The notes beneath the pieces are model-generated. The model was given only the letters and a program-made list of their open reading frames with translations. It made no database searches and had not been told where the DNA came from. A stretch of DNA of 50,174 nucleotides, filler included, from Catajapyx aquilonaris (Eukaryota): NCBI GenBank assembly GCA_000934665.2. It is 2 parts of 2 records of this genome, joined end to end, with 100 filler letters (N's around TTAATTAATTAA, not from the genome) between each part and the next. Parts side by side here need not be neighbours in the genome. Positions count along the whole stretch, not along the records: positions 25,092 to 50,174 come from JYFJ02005431.1; 1 more part is not named here. One strand, 5' to 3'. A program made the position numbers and the translations under genes. This document shows positions 26,437 through 38,286 of the stretch, in pieces (the first letter of the stretch is position 1; every line of letters begins with the position of its first letter).

Positions 26437-27115
26437 ATAAGATTGTAGGGGTAGTGGGGGGGGGGGGCTGGTTATTACTAATATCGCCCAAAGCTGTTAT
26501 TTTTGTGTAGCTTGTTGCCCCCTGATGCAGGTGCCCCATTACTCTCAGGTGGTCGAATGTAGCAGTTGCTATAAAATAGGGAACCTGATTAGGGGCGCAA
26601 CAAGCTACAAAATATAACAGCTTTGAGAAAAATTTCCTAAATACCTGTAACTAAAAATGACCCACAAATTTGGAACACCGTCTATAGGTTTAGGAGACCA
26701 TAGAATTCAAATATGCTGTCAAAAATGCAAAAAGAGATGTCCTTTGAAAAGTTACTGGATTATTTTATAAGGTTCACTTCCTCTCATCTGCTGCAAGTCT
26801 GAGGCAGGTAGATTAGGACTGGTCCTTCTTATCTGTCCCTGCCTACCCTAGTGAGCTCAAACCCTGTTTCCATTTACAGCTCTGATACATTTGCGGAGGT
26901 TCATCATGTTCTCATTTCTACTATAACCAAGTAGCACAGTCTGTAATATAAATGTAAGGAATACTTCAAATGCAATTAAATAAAAAAATGTGTGATTTAT
27001 TCAGAGTACTCGAGACGTATCCCTGGGTTTATATCTGACAGTGTACAGCTATTAGTGCATTAGTCCCATGGTATAGATTGCCCAGAACATTCAAAATAGG
27101 TTATTTGTCTTATTA

Positions 27116-27240
27116 CAGTGGTTCCCAACCTGTGGGCCATGACCCCAAAGGAGGTCGCAAAGCTTTTTCCAGGGGGGTCATAGTGGTTATTTTCACTTGC
27201 AATATATTTTATAGGAAATTTCACCATGAAGTAACACGTA
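27116..27240. mobile_element. hAT (Charlie-like) element 5' end fragment
   Basis: CAGTGGTTCCCAACCT terminus identical to that of the element at 29429; no matching right end seen. Confidence 0.55.
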
Positions 27241-27242
27241 TA

Positions 27243-27592
27243 GAGGGTGAAGAAATTCTCGCGGACAATCACCAGGTAGACAGATAGTACTCACAAAACT
27301 ACTATACTAATAGGGATGTGCAATTAGTTTTGTGCTCCATTGTGTAGTTAATGCTTTCATCGCTTTTTGGACATGGACAATGTGTTAGGGGACCGAGGCA
27401 AGGGATTGGAGGCCCTTGAACTGACTTTTGCTTCTTAGAAGCTGGTGGAACAGATATGACCTCATGAAACTTTGACGGTGCTGTACACATTAACTATGCA
27501 ATGGAACCCAAAACTAATTGCGCATCCCTTTATTATTTTTACAAGTACTATCAGTCTACTTGGCAATTGTCCGCGAGTTTCCCTTCACCCTG
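27243..27592. mobile_element. Tc1/mariner-type MITE
   Basis: Imperfect ~55-bp TIRs (gagggtgaag...ctcgcggacaat...gtagacagatagtact / agtactatcagtctac...attgtccgcgag...cttcaccctg) with TA on both sides. Confidence 0.75.
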
Positions 27593-27787
27593 TATACTGT
27601 ACATATGGGGAATTTTCAACCCTTCTCCACATTAAAACAAAGGCAAGAATCAGAATGAATGTTGAAGATGACTTTGACAGACACAGCCTCCAATTATGAA
27701 GACTGTAGCTTGATGCAAGTGGAACCATCATATTGGGTTAATCAAATATTAGGTAAAAATTACATCATGAATGTATGATATACAGTA

Positions 27788-28128
27788 CAGGAAGTCCCCA
27801 GTTTATGAACAACCTGGTGATTCATACTTACAAACGAACTTCCAAGGCTACCCATAAGGATAATTAATAATTATATCTCCACTTCTATCTCTTATGCATA
27901 CCTTGACTGACACCAAGTTCAACATATAAATACTGTATAATAAATAAATAATTGGGGAACTGAGTTCTTCCAAGCATTTAAACAAACACACATGATGTAA
28001 GTGGTTTGTTTGAGCAACATCTTTACGCTGTAAATATGCCATGTTCCTCAGGGGTCCGAGTTACATACAAATCCGACTTATGGACATTTTCAGGAACATA
28101 ACCCCATTCGTAGACTGGGAACTTCCTG
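27788..28128. mobile_element. pogo/Tigger-like MITE
   Basis: TA|CAGGAAGTCCCCAGTTTATGAA ... TTCGTAGACTGGGAACTTCCTG|TA, with internal ccgactta/ccgagtta subterminal repeats. Confidence 0.75.
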
Positions 28129-28204
28129 TATTTTAATATGTTCACACTATAAAATACTGTTTTACGCAAATGTATGTGTGTGTGGGAAGGGTCACAGGTT
28201 ACTT

Positions 28205-28545
28205 TAAAAAAAATATATAGATACCCCATTCTAGGGCCGAAAGACCCTCTTAGGGGAGTGGGAATACCACAATATTTGGAACCATGTGTATAATTTAATT
28301 ATTTAGTTGGTCCATGATTAGGGTAGGTAGGAGGGGATGTGCAAAGTGCAAGCCAAATGTCGCAGCTTGGTCATTTTGTGAACTCCCCCGGGTGGATTAG
28401 TCTAGCGGAAATTTCCACCCGAGACGAACCCAGAGATGGCCCAACTCTGCACGAGATGAAGGGGGGAACCCCGGGTTGGGTTCGAACCCGGGACCTTAAC
28501 ATTTGTGGGCGCGTGCGTTACCGCTGCACCACTCCGCCTCCCTTG
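28205..28545 (-). mobile_element. tRNA-derived SINE (family A, tail type X)
   Basis: Minus strand shows A box TGGTGCAGCGG and B box GGTTCGAACCC. 14-bp TSD gtcacaggttactt at 28191-28204 and 28546-28559. Head and body are homologous to 36050-36269. Confidence 0.85.
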
Positions 28546-28742
28546 GTCACAGGTTACTTCGTTATTATAAAAGAGGGTTACGACTCGAGAAAGGTTGGGA
28601 ACTACTGGGTTTTTATAACCACTTCCTTGGACAGGTAGTGGCCACAGATGTGAGGAATATGCCTGTTTATTTCATGTAAAACATGGCAGGTTTGGGTTGC
28701 AAACTTGTAATTGAAGGAATAAGCTCTTTGTACTTAATAGTA

Positions 28743-29332
28743 CAGGGTGTCCCACAAATTACGCTACCCAGAATTACTCCCATAACATCAACACAAATGA
28801 AGATATTGCAACGAAATTTGAACTGAACTAACCTTGTCATGTGTGATTTGAAATGGCATCACAACATGTGTTGGAAATGGCCACCATTAGCAGCCAGGCA
28901 GGTCTCAACACAGCGCGACATATTTTGGAATGTTCTGGCCAGCATATCCTGCGGTACTGCCTGAATTTCCTGGACGATGTTGTCCTTCAAAGCCTCGATG
29001 GACCGTGGATTGTTGCGGTACACTCTTCCGTTCAGAAAGCCCCATAAGAAGTAATCAGGTGGTGTAAGATCGGGCGACCGTGCCCCATCCTGTTGACAGG
29101 TTTGGGCCACGTTTGGATCAGGAAGCAAGGACATCCGCCACGCGCCACTGCTCTGGTGTCATCTGGCCGATTCGTCGCTCCAGCGTGTATTACAGTACCC
29201 ATATTTGACAGACCCATTCCAATTCCTTTCTCACTTGTTGAGGTTGCTTGATTTAAAATTCCCTTGCAATATCTTCATTTGTGTTACAGTTATTAATGTA
29301 ATTCTGGGTAGCGTAATTTGTGGGACACCATG
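28743..29332 (-). mobile_element. Internally deleted Tc1/mariner-superfamily transposon with transposase C-terminal remnant
   Basis: ~35-bp TIRs CAGGGTGTCCCACAAATTACGCTACCCAGAATTAC with TA TSD. ORF 28859-29134 encodes QQDGA-RSPDLTPPDYFLWGFL..RVY...NGGHFQHML. Confidence 0.92.
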
Positions 29333-29428
29333 TACATATAATTAAGAAAATATTGATATTCGTACTGCTTACCTACATTTACCAGGTGCCACGCACATGA
29401 CGCAGTGATCTCGATGCTTCACTTAATG

Positions 29429-29694
29429 CAGTGGTTCCCAACCTATTTCCATTGTGATCCTATCTACAACCTTACCTTGACCCATCGACCCACATGACCC
29501 GCCCCTCCCCCCAGTCCAATCTGGTTCCCNCAACTACAGTGCAACACTTATGTAGATTTGAGTTGAACTTACCCCCACAATTCCCTTCTTTTCCTTATTT
29601 AAAAAAAAAAGTTATGTATACATTCCTTTTTCCTGGCCTACACTGTGACCCTTAAAAACATGTTGGCAACCCAATTTTGGGTTGGGAACCACTG
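29429..29694. mobile_element. Non-autonomous hAT (Charlie-like) MITE
   Basis: TIR CAGTGGTTCCCAACC / GGTTGGGAACCACTG; 8-bp TSD acttaatg / acttaatc (7 of 8 match). Confidence 0.88.
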
Positions 29695-30037
29695 ACTTAA
29701 TCTGACTTTCAGAGCAGCAGAATATATGCATTCAAGCACCTCCCACCATTCAAGCCCTGGATCTAGGACAGTGTGTTGTAGCTATGAAAGAGGGGGCCTG
29801 TGGCCTGAGTACAGTAATTCAAAATTTTATTGGGATGCATTCTCATACTAAAATCATCCCTAAAATAAATTGTGCCAGGGATGTCACCTTTATGAAGTCA
29901 CAGAAAAAGTATTGTTTTCTTCTTTATTTCGTAGCACCATATGACTAGGCTATGATACAGCAAGAGTGCACATTTAAAAATATTTAAAACAGCTTCCATT
30001 TGGGAATGTACTGAATTTTAAGAGTCCGCATGGCTAT

Positions 30038-31023
30038 TCAGGTTTTCCTTTTATCACAGGCTCCTTCACAGTCGTCATATGCCACAGAGAGGTCCTCCAG
30101 CATGCGCTGAATAACCTGGAAAGGTACAACATCAGGAAGTGTAGTAGGTAATAATGTTAACAGCTTGCAGAGAAGATTATGTGGTTAACTTGTTAATCAC
30201 TTTCTGGAGCATGTCACTGTTTTAAGTGACCCATCAGCATATATTTATTTGTTTAATAATTAATAACTATTAAGTTAATATATTTCTCGGGTGCCTTTTG
30301 GTCACCTGTCTCCATCAGAGTGCATCATTTTCACTAGCGACTAACACCTAAATATGTATGTGTGTGGATGTAAGTAACTTTACCTCGTTGGGATCATCCA
30401 GTGCCTTGAGGCTGCAAGCATACATCATAGCAATCTCCATCGTCTTCTCCATTGACTCTGACTTGTTTTTAGGCTTATCTCTGGCCTTGTACTGCTCCTT
30501 CTCAACCTTATTCTTGACCACTTCAGAGAGGGTGTATAAAGATGAGACACCAGCGGCCAGACCTATCTGCTTGGCCAACTTTTCGGGAGGGATCTGTAGG
30601 CCTATCGGCGTCAGGTACCGGGTGTCTTCCAGCACATTCTTCCGGTCGACAGTTGCCTGCCTCATGTACCTGGATGCCCTTCTGCATTTCTCCTGATCCT
30701 GGCCCGGTGTCAGGACTGGTTCCTCTCGATTTGCCCAGTCCCCGACATACTCCGTCATGAGAGGTTCATGCGCCTTCCCCTTCCCCCGGTTTGTCCTCAC
30801 TTTGGGACGGACTGAGGCCTTCCTCTGCCGCTAAAAGGGAATGTGACAATATAATATGGCTCTCTTAGGCTGCAAAATGCGCCCAAATTACCTCCCATTC
30901 AACCCATGCGGCGTCCTTTACTTCGTGCTCGGTTGGCACCACGGATTTGGTTAGGGGATCCGCTGATGCCTCTTCATTCTTCACGCTACCAGACCACCAG
31001 CTCATCCCTTCTCCTCCGGCCAT
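30038..31023 (-). CDS. Uncharacterised ~218-aa protein, 3 exons: 31023-30892, 30830-30384, 30115-30038
   Basis: ATG in an AAAATGGCC context, canonical phase-0 GT-AG introns (GAG|gtaatt, ttttag|CGG, GAG|gtaaag, ttccag|GTT), open frame to TGA and coding-like GC3 bias. No family recognised. Confidence 0.75.
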
Positions 31024-31318
31024 TTTGTTCACCTCTGATGCCTGTGATGTTGCCAGATGAGAAAACAGGACGCGGAGTGGACAATGGCTGGGTTGCCAAA
31101 TGTCGTGTTTCCCAAAATGGCCGAAGGAGGGCGCTTTTGGAGGCGCCAATAAAATTCAAAGTGTGCGAACAGGGTGGTGGGACGTGGACCGCTTTGTCAT
31201 AGTAATTTTTGGCCATCTTTGGCCTTGTGTGAAGGGACAAAACAATACTATGGTTGAACGAAATTTTAATGCGAATAATTTTCTGTCATGATGTCCATAA
31301 TTCGTTCTGTTTGCAAGT

Positions 31319-31808
31319 ATGGCGACTCATGAGGTATTGTGGAGAGCCACGTGGTGAGCCGTGCTGGTCGCATCTCTTGCCCCTTCTCTGCCCTGACCCC
31401 GGGGCGGGGGGCGGAGGAAGTGGGGCCCCCATCGGCCCCCATCCGTGCCCCACCAGCCAGGCTCATCTTCACAAGGACAGGTACGGGGAAGTATCTAAAA
31501 AATATCGTCGCCTGACCACACTCTTTTCTTTCTTGAAAGGTGACGCGACGCGACGGCTCTTGATGGTGGTGGATTCCAAACTGGTGGGCCTGACAGTTAC
31601 CGACCACATTTTAAAAATCTGCTGTAACTCTAAATAATTTTATTATGCATAATTATGGAAATATTGTTGGAAAATTTATGGGGAGCTGGTTGTAACTGTT
31701 TCTCTGCCTGGCTACAGATGGGATTTCTTGCTCACCTCAACTGCATGGTTTTTGTCAGTAGCAGCGGAGGAGGATGTTGTTTCCTTGCCTCACTGCACTC
31801 TTACCAAG
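31319..31808 (+). CDS. Possible 5' exons of a divergent (head-to-head) gene or lncRNA
   Basis: AGTATGGCG start context and plausible splice sites (TG|gtgagc, ACAG|gtacgg, ttgaaag|GT, ctacag|ATG, CAAG|gtatgt) giving MATHEVLWRATWLIFTRTGDATRRLLMVVDSKL...; no convincing downstream exons found. Confidence 0.3.
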
Positions 31809-31886
31809 GTATGTCTGGTTGGTGCCTTTTCCCCCATCCCTCTCTTACTGAGAGTCAGATTATATTGTGCTAACTGATGATGAGCC

Positions 31887-31978
31887 TGCTGACAGGTAGA
31901 TGCTCGTCTTTACCATTCTCTTGGTCTAATAGCTATTAGACCAAGAGAATAGTAAAGACGAGCATCTACCTGTCAGCA
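31887..31978. repeat. Spacerless 92-bp palindrome
   Basis: 46-bp arms with one mismatch, centred at AG|CT (31932/31933). Confidence 0.95.
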
Positions 31979-32493
31979 TCACAAGAAGTTCTTACAGGAC
32001 AAACTTATTCACTGCTCCACAACAGGTTGGCTAACGTTACATTAAAATGCATTATGTGGAAGTGTTTTCACACCAGTGTTCGAAATTAGCGTGTAGCCAG
32101 TCGCGGACTATCCATTGGTGACCACAAAAAGATTATCGCCTCTTTTGGCGACCGCTAGCTTCATTCCTCCAATATTGCATTTTGATCCACATGCGACATG
32201 CCCGTATTAATTGGGTATGCACTTGCCCCTGACCATATCTATAGTTAGGGGCAAGTGCATCATCCCTTTTAAAAACCAGCCTGATTATGCCACCAAAATG
32301 GAACAATAACACCATGATAGTACACCTTAACCCCTTATGTACAGTGCCGGAGTGGTTACGCAGCATGAGATTCGAGTCTCGTCAGAAATCCTGCAAAAGA
32401 TACTTATACATACTCACCAGAAAAGTTAAAACACCACCTTGAGCTTGGAGGCCTTTTTTATCAATGTAACTATGGGAGAAGATCGTGGTACTA

Positions 32494-33532
32494 CAGGGTG
32501 GACGGAAAGTTTCGGACCCCCCCCCCCCCCNGACGGAAAGTTTCGGACCCCCCCAGGTTTTTTAACCCTACTTTTCACAGCGTCTTTTCACATCTTTTAA
32601 AAGTCCACAAGCAGTTCTAATGTACACTATCTTTTGAAGCATAATCTTGAGAACATCTGAGCACCTTCCTCTCGCAATTCCATTAATAACTTCGCCTCTG
32701 TGATTCATCTAAACATCCTATCTGTTTTGCGTTTATTTTGCTTGTTGCCTTGGAGGACCCCTGGTCATACTCTGCGTCTGATAAGGTTTTTATGACCCTT
32801 TTCCATGAGTTCCTCTTCATGCAAATGTTGTGAACTCACTCCTGACCTTATTTTTCGCATTGGTCCATAACCTGGTCCAATAAAAATTTGAAAAAGAATG
32901 CATGAAATGGCGGACCCGGATGCATTACTTTCGAATTCTCACATTGGTACCATCACATTTGTCTGCATTTTTACTTTAAAATAATTTTTTGGTGCGAAAG
33001 GACGTGAACGAAAGGATGTGTCATGTTGATTAATTTATCAAGGTAGGACTGTTTACTGTCCTTTCCCACCAAAAAATTATATTAAAGTAAAAATGGAGAC
33101 AAATGTGATGGTACCAATTCGAAAGTAATGCATCCGGGTCTGCCATTTCATGCATTCCTTTTCAAATTTTTATTGGACCATCAGGTTATGGACCAATGCG
33201 AAAAATAAGGTCAGGAGTGAGTTCACAACATTTGCATGAAGGGGAACTCATGGAAAAGGGTCATAAAAACCTTATCTGACGCAGAATATGACCAGGTGTC
33301 CTCCAAGGCAACAAGCAAAATAAACGCAAAACAGATAGGATGTTTAGATGAGTCACAGAGGCGAAGTTATTAATGGAATTGCGAGAGCCAAGGTGCTCAA
33401 ATGTTCTCAAGATTATGCTTCAAAAGATAGTGTACATTAGAACTGCTTGTGGACTTTTAAAAGATGTGAAAAGATGCTGTGAAAAGTAGGGTTAAAAAAC
33501 CTGGGGGGGTCCGAAACTTTCCGTCCACCCTG
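32494..33532. mobile_element. Large fold-back Tc1/mariner-type MITE (~1.04 kb, ~470-bp arms)
   Basis: TA|CAGGGTGGACGGAAAGTTTCGGACCCC ... GGGGTCCGAAACTTTCCGTCCACCCTG|TA; arms nearly identical, loop ~33005-33055. Confidence 0.93.
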
Positions 33533-34423
33533 TATATCGCTAAAAAACATAAAGATGATTTTGCATTTGATTCAAGTGCAAGCTGCACTTGAGTCAAATG
33601 CAAAATCGTCTCTATGTTTTTGAGCGATATACAAGTAGTACTTTTAGCCAAGTAGACAGAAGTCATAGTGAAAGTTTACATGATTCTCAATAGCTCCTGC
33701 CACCTTGTGCTACATATTAGAAGCAGTTCTGCACTTGCTCCGTTATGGCATTTACCCCAACTTACCCTACATACATACTGTAACTATGGTGCTTAGCCCA
33801 CAGGTAAGTTATTACCTCTACTGCCCACAATAGGGCCTAAAAATTGTATGCAATGCAAGAAAAGTGAAATAATATAACTTCTGTAAGGCATAATATTGGA
33901 AAACACCAGTGCACTGCTTATTCAGTTCCATCGTTCCATACGCAAAATGCAATGATTATGCAGCATTTCAGGTTGATGCATTGAGAGGTTTTGAAGAAAT
34001 TGCAGCACTTCTCAAAGTGATTAATATTTGAATTTCAAAGGCTCTGGGCCAAATTGTTCCCCCTCAGAAATGCATGATGAGTACGAAAGTGTTACCCCTG
34101 CCAGAAAAGTCTGACATTGTTAATTTGGGGAATCCTAGGGCCAGTTTATTGGGGGGGGGGGGGTGGAATTATGGCAACTAATGCATACCTTCCTTCTACA
34201 TTGCTACCAGTGCCCTGAGTGGTAAATTCTCCCAATTATTGTCTGGTGAAGATGGGTCAAGTCACTAACATTCCTGCCCTTAAAATTGAAAGGCCTTGTG
34301 GTTTTGGCCCAGGGTGCTGAGGAACTCTTGGGGAACTTAGACTGGAGACAAGAAAATTCATTCAGGTCAGGGTCATGTAGTGGTCTGTCATTAGGAAACT
34401 GACAATCCTCCAAGACCTTATAA

Positions 34424-34999
34424 ATATAAATAATATAATAATAATTTATTACGTCTGGAGGTTAGTCCTTATGACGGAGAGAGCTTTCCCCGACACATAA
34501 TACAAGACAGTAATACAATATTACAACAATACAGTAGAACTCAAGTACAATGATGTCTTGATATGCCATGGGGTATTTAATACAATTAATGTGCTTACAA
34601 ATTCAATTTCAATTTCAATTTCAATAAATGGTTGCATAATTCCTAATCCATGGCTTACTATAATATAATGTCAGCATTTTCTAATAATAATTTTGCTTTA
34701 ATAAAAAAAAACATATAATTTGTAAATTTCCTGAGCTGGTATATCGTCCAGAATCCAGCTTAATCTGTCGGGTGGGACCGAAGGCCATGATATAAGTAAT
34801 GTTCTCCTCGGGCCAGAAAAAAAAGGGCAAATGTACAACATGTGGTGTATAGTGAATTCTTCTTTAATATTGCATAATGAACAGTAGTTCTCTAAATCAA
34901 ACTGTATTTTGTATCCATTTATATAAAACCATGCGGATTCATTCCGGAGGTTAGCCACAAGTCTAATTGAATGTAGTGGTAAGTTATAGGTTAAATAAT
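34424..34999 (-). mobile_element. 5'-truncated non-LTR retrotransposon (LINE) 3' end
   Basis: ORF end with CCHC finger CSLCNIKEEFTIHHMLYICP, followed by a 3' UTR and AT-rich tail. 15-bp TSD tccaagaccttataa at 34409-34423 and 35000-35014. Confidence 0.85.
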
Positions 35000-35043
35000 T
35001 CCAAGACCTTATAATATAACATTGCAAAAAGTGTATGAAAGTA

Positions 35044-35249
35044 CCCCCGCGAGCATAAAGCCCCTTTTTTGACCTTTCTTTATCCGACTCAAATATATTA
35101 ATGAACTCTTTTGGGACCGAGTTAGCTGCATCAGGTGTGTGTTCGTGTATTTATGACAGTATAATTATTTGATACCGTAATAGCTGCAATTGGCAGAGCA
35201 GCCTGCCGAAGGTGAGGGCCTGCCGTCTCCATGTTTATGCTCGCGGGTG
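35044..35249. mobile_element. Short Tc1-like MITE
   Basis: TA|C(C/A)CCCGCGAGCATAAA ... TTTATGCTCGCGGGTG|TA. Confidence 0.65.
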
Positions 35250-35867
35250 TACATCCTTTAGTAAAAGAATTTTCATGTTCTGCACTTGCATAGATTATAC
35301 AGACCAGTATTTGGATGAAAAATGGCATCTTCATCTTGTGATTTTTGATTTATGAATTAATTTGCATCAGTTGGTTCATTGCAGACTACCTTTTTCAGAG
35401 GAAAATGTTGTAATGAGTTTTTTGTTGTTGTTTTTCTTGTGTTTCGAAGGCTAGGTTACACTGATTATTCTGAATTCTGAATTCACTGGTTATTCTGAAT
35501 GTTATTAATTGCTGGTAACAATAAATACCCAGGAGAAACAGCATCTATTTCAGATTCTGCAATCCACTGTACTGTCCATTTTTGGGGGGGAGATAGGTAG
35601 GCCTAAGTGAGGAGAAAAATGACATCATGGAGGGGGATTGAGTTAAAACACCTGGGGAGGGAGGAAGGGAAATAGTAGGTGTCTACTTGCATTTCAATCC
35701 ATTTTCTGTTGCCCTTGCCCTGGGAATGGCTTAAATGCAGTGGCACAACCCAAGTAGGGGCAGAGCTTAACTACTGCTGAGAGTGACAGCCTATAAACCA
35801 ATAATTACTTTGATAGACACATAAGACTAAAGTGGTTCCAAGTGCTGATTGTGGCCAACATGTTTTG

Positions 35868-35871
<4 letters not shown>

Positions 35872-35943
<72 letters not shown>

Positions 35944-36269
35944 TGGGTGATAGGCGTACCCCTAGGGGTTTTCAGCCAGACCTTTATTTTGACGTTGGTA
36001 CAATTTTGGGAATCCTATTATTGAAGCGCCCGGGCCCACGGGCAGGATGACAGGAGGGGATGTGCAAGTGCAGTGCCTTGTCTGAAATGTGGTTGTTTTG
36101 TGAGCTCTCCCGGGTGGATTAGTCTAAGGAAATTCCACCCGAGACGAAGTCAGAGACGACTCATGTACTCTGCACGAGATGAAGGGGGTGTCCCCGGGTT
36201 GGGATCGAACCCGGGACCTTAACATCCGTGGACGCATACGTTACCACAGCACCACTCCGCCTCCCCTTG
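35872..36269 (-). mobile_element. tRNA-derived SINE (family A, tail type Y) with (ATT)n tail
   Basis: A/B boxes on the minus strand; (TAA)n run at 35871-35943 is the 3' tail; 12-bp TSD atgttttgatat at 35860-35871 and 36270-36281. Confidence 0.88.
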
Positions 36270-38091
36270 ATGTTTTGATATTGTGACATCACACTTTGTT
36301 CCAGCTCTTGCTGTCCCCATAGCTCATGAAGCCACTTACTCCTCTCAAATGCCGAGGAGAAATCAAAACTGTACCTCTACCTCCTTTGAGTGACATTTCC
36401 ATGATGTAGTATTTTATTGTGACTGTAGTAATCTCTTGTGAATATTTAATTTATCTTGGAATGTGTTTTTGTCAATCTCATTTGTTCCACATGCTTTGGT
36501 GAGGTGATTCTCTATTGTTGGTTAATTGGAGGATCTACAACTGCTATTGTCATGAGGCATGGTCTCTCAAAAGGTCTTGTGTCATTGTTTACAACAGGTG
36601 TTTATGTGTTTAAGATTTTGTATGCATTGGGGGCTGACATGAGGCAGGTACAACACAAATGCATGTGTTTATGTATGTTGTATTCTGTGAACTTCCAAGA
36701 TAACTAACTACAGTTTCTCTTATTCAAACTATGCCAGCAGGATCAAGTCAAATCAGTGGCTTTTGTAAGCTATACATGTGCCAGGAGTTGATACCAGTCC
36801 AGCACAAAGTGAATGGAGTGGAGTCCCAGTTACAGCTCCTGAAACTCTTTGCTGAACTCAGGGCGCCAGCATGCACAGGAGGATCAGATCTGCCAGAAAC
36901 AAACACCTGTTTCGCTGTTTGGAGAAGTTGATGGATCTACTGCAGGGCCACATATATGCTTCTTCCTCCACCTGCACCAGTAATAGATGATAGCTGCAGC
37001 AATAGCACCAACAACTGTCTGGATGAGACAGGCCTCAGGTTGGACTTCTCATGTGTTGAATGCCTTCTCTTTGCTTAACTGACCAGCTTTACTCTCGAGT
37101 ATCCCACAGAAGAGCATGCTCTCCTGTTAAAGGACTAGAGTTTCAGATTGGTGGGCTTGCAAATCCATAGGGCACTGGTACACATTCTTTTGGGGTCGTA
37201 ACTAAAACTCAGGTCACTGCTGAAAAGTTTATTATGATGGTAATGGGTAGGTCTTGGGGAATTAAGCAATACGTCACATAAAAATTTGATAGCTAAATAC
37301 TGTATCTGCTTGGAATTATTTGCTGGAACAAACCATGAGACACTTTGTGGATTATGCTGGCTTACTCAGGAATACCAACTTGATGCAAGAGAGTTCATGA
37401 CATTTAGATCTGTGTGGATGCAATTTAAAATATGAAACATGCAGTATTGTGAGTGCACATGATTACTATTTCATTCATATTTTGATCCATCTCATTTCAT
37501 GACTCTGACACGGTGGTGTCGGCAGGTGTAGGTAGCTGTGGCCAGTCACCCTCACCCAAAAAATAAAGAGCTGGCTCCTGAAACTTCCCAGGGCAGCAAG
37601 ATGCTGCTTGAAAGTCTTCAGTAATGTAACATATTCTGCTGTAGGTGCAGTATTGCCAGCCCACAGTCCCAAGTTGATTCTCTGACTGTCAATGTCGAAT
37701 GTGTGCATGAATTCCACTGGTACTTGTTGGCTTCTTCATCTGATGCCATCACAATCCTGTCATGTTGACATATCTTCGAGTCCTTCATGGTTGGTAACAT
37801 CACTTGTGCCAACAGTTCCAGTTTATATTCAGTGATAATAATTATGGAAACTCTAAAGACCCTAATGAGAAAGAGATGAAATGAAGAGAATTTTTCCACA
37901 ACATAATGCTATCCCTTGTTAAAATTTTAGAGTGGCATAGTACTGTAGTCCGTCCACTAACATGAGAGACAGGTGGGATCCATGTGGGTCCCACTGAGAG
38001 GTGATGGATAGGGGTGGGTGATTGATATAGCAAGCAGGGACCTGCCAGTTGGGCACCTGTGGGTACAATGGCAACCACTGCTGGTACAATG

Positions 38092-38256
38092 GCAGAGGCT
38101 GCTTGGCCCGACATAAAGGATAATATTTTTTTCCCCTTGTATTTTGGCGGAATCAAGTCCATTGTTGAATGGTGTATCGAGGTGGGGCTTGTTGCCAACA
38201 GATGCACATGCAAACGTTGCAGAGAGGCTGCCTATGTGTATTTTCACCCGTGTTAG
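38092..38256 (+). pseudogene. Possible Merlin/IS1595-like transposase N-terminal remnant
   Basis: SIVEWCIEVGLVANRCTCKRC resembles the W-x-x-x-x-GL...CxxC start of Merlin transposases; short and truncated. Confidence 0.3.
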
Positions 38257-38286
38257 TCACTAGAGCATTCATATATATACAGGGTG

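Noticed and set aside
26051..26448. Near-identical ORFs on both strands (MWRPYRTTLNFIGTK)
   Set aside because: A by-product of the palindromic element.
32494..32555. Tandem duplication of the MITE left TIR
   Set aside because: It straddles an N next to a poly-C run, so it is most likely an assembly artefact.
35871..35943. Independent (TAA)n microsatellite
   Set aside because: It lies inside the SINE TSD pair and is the SINE 3' tail.
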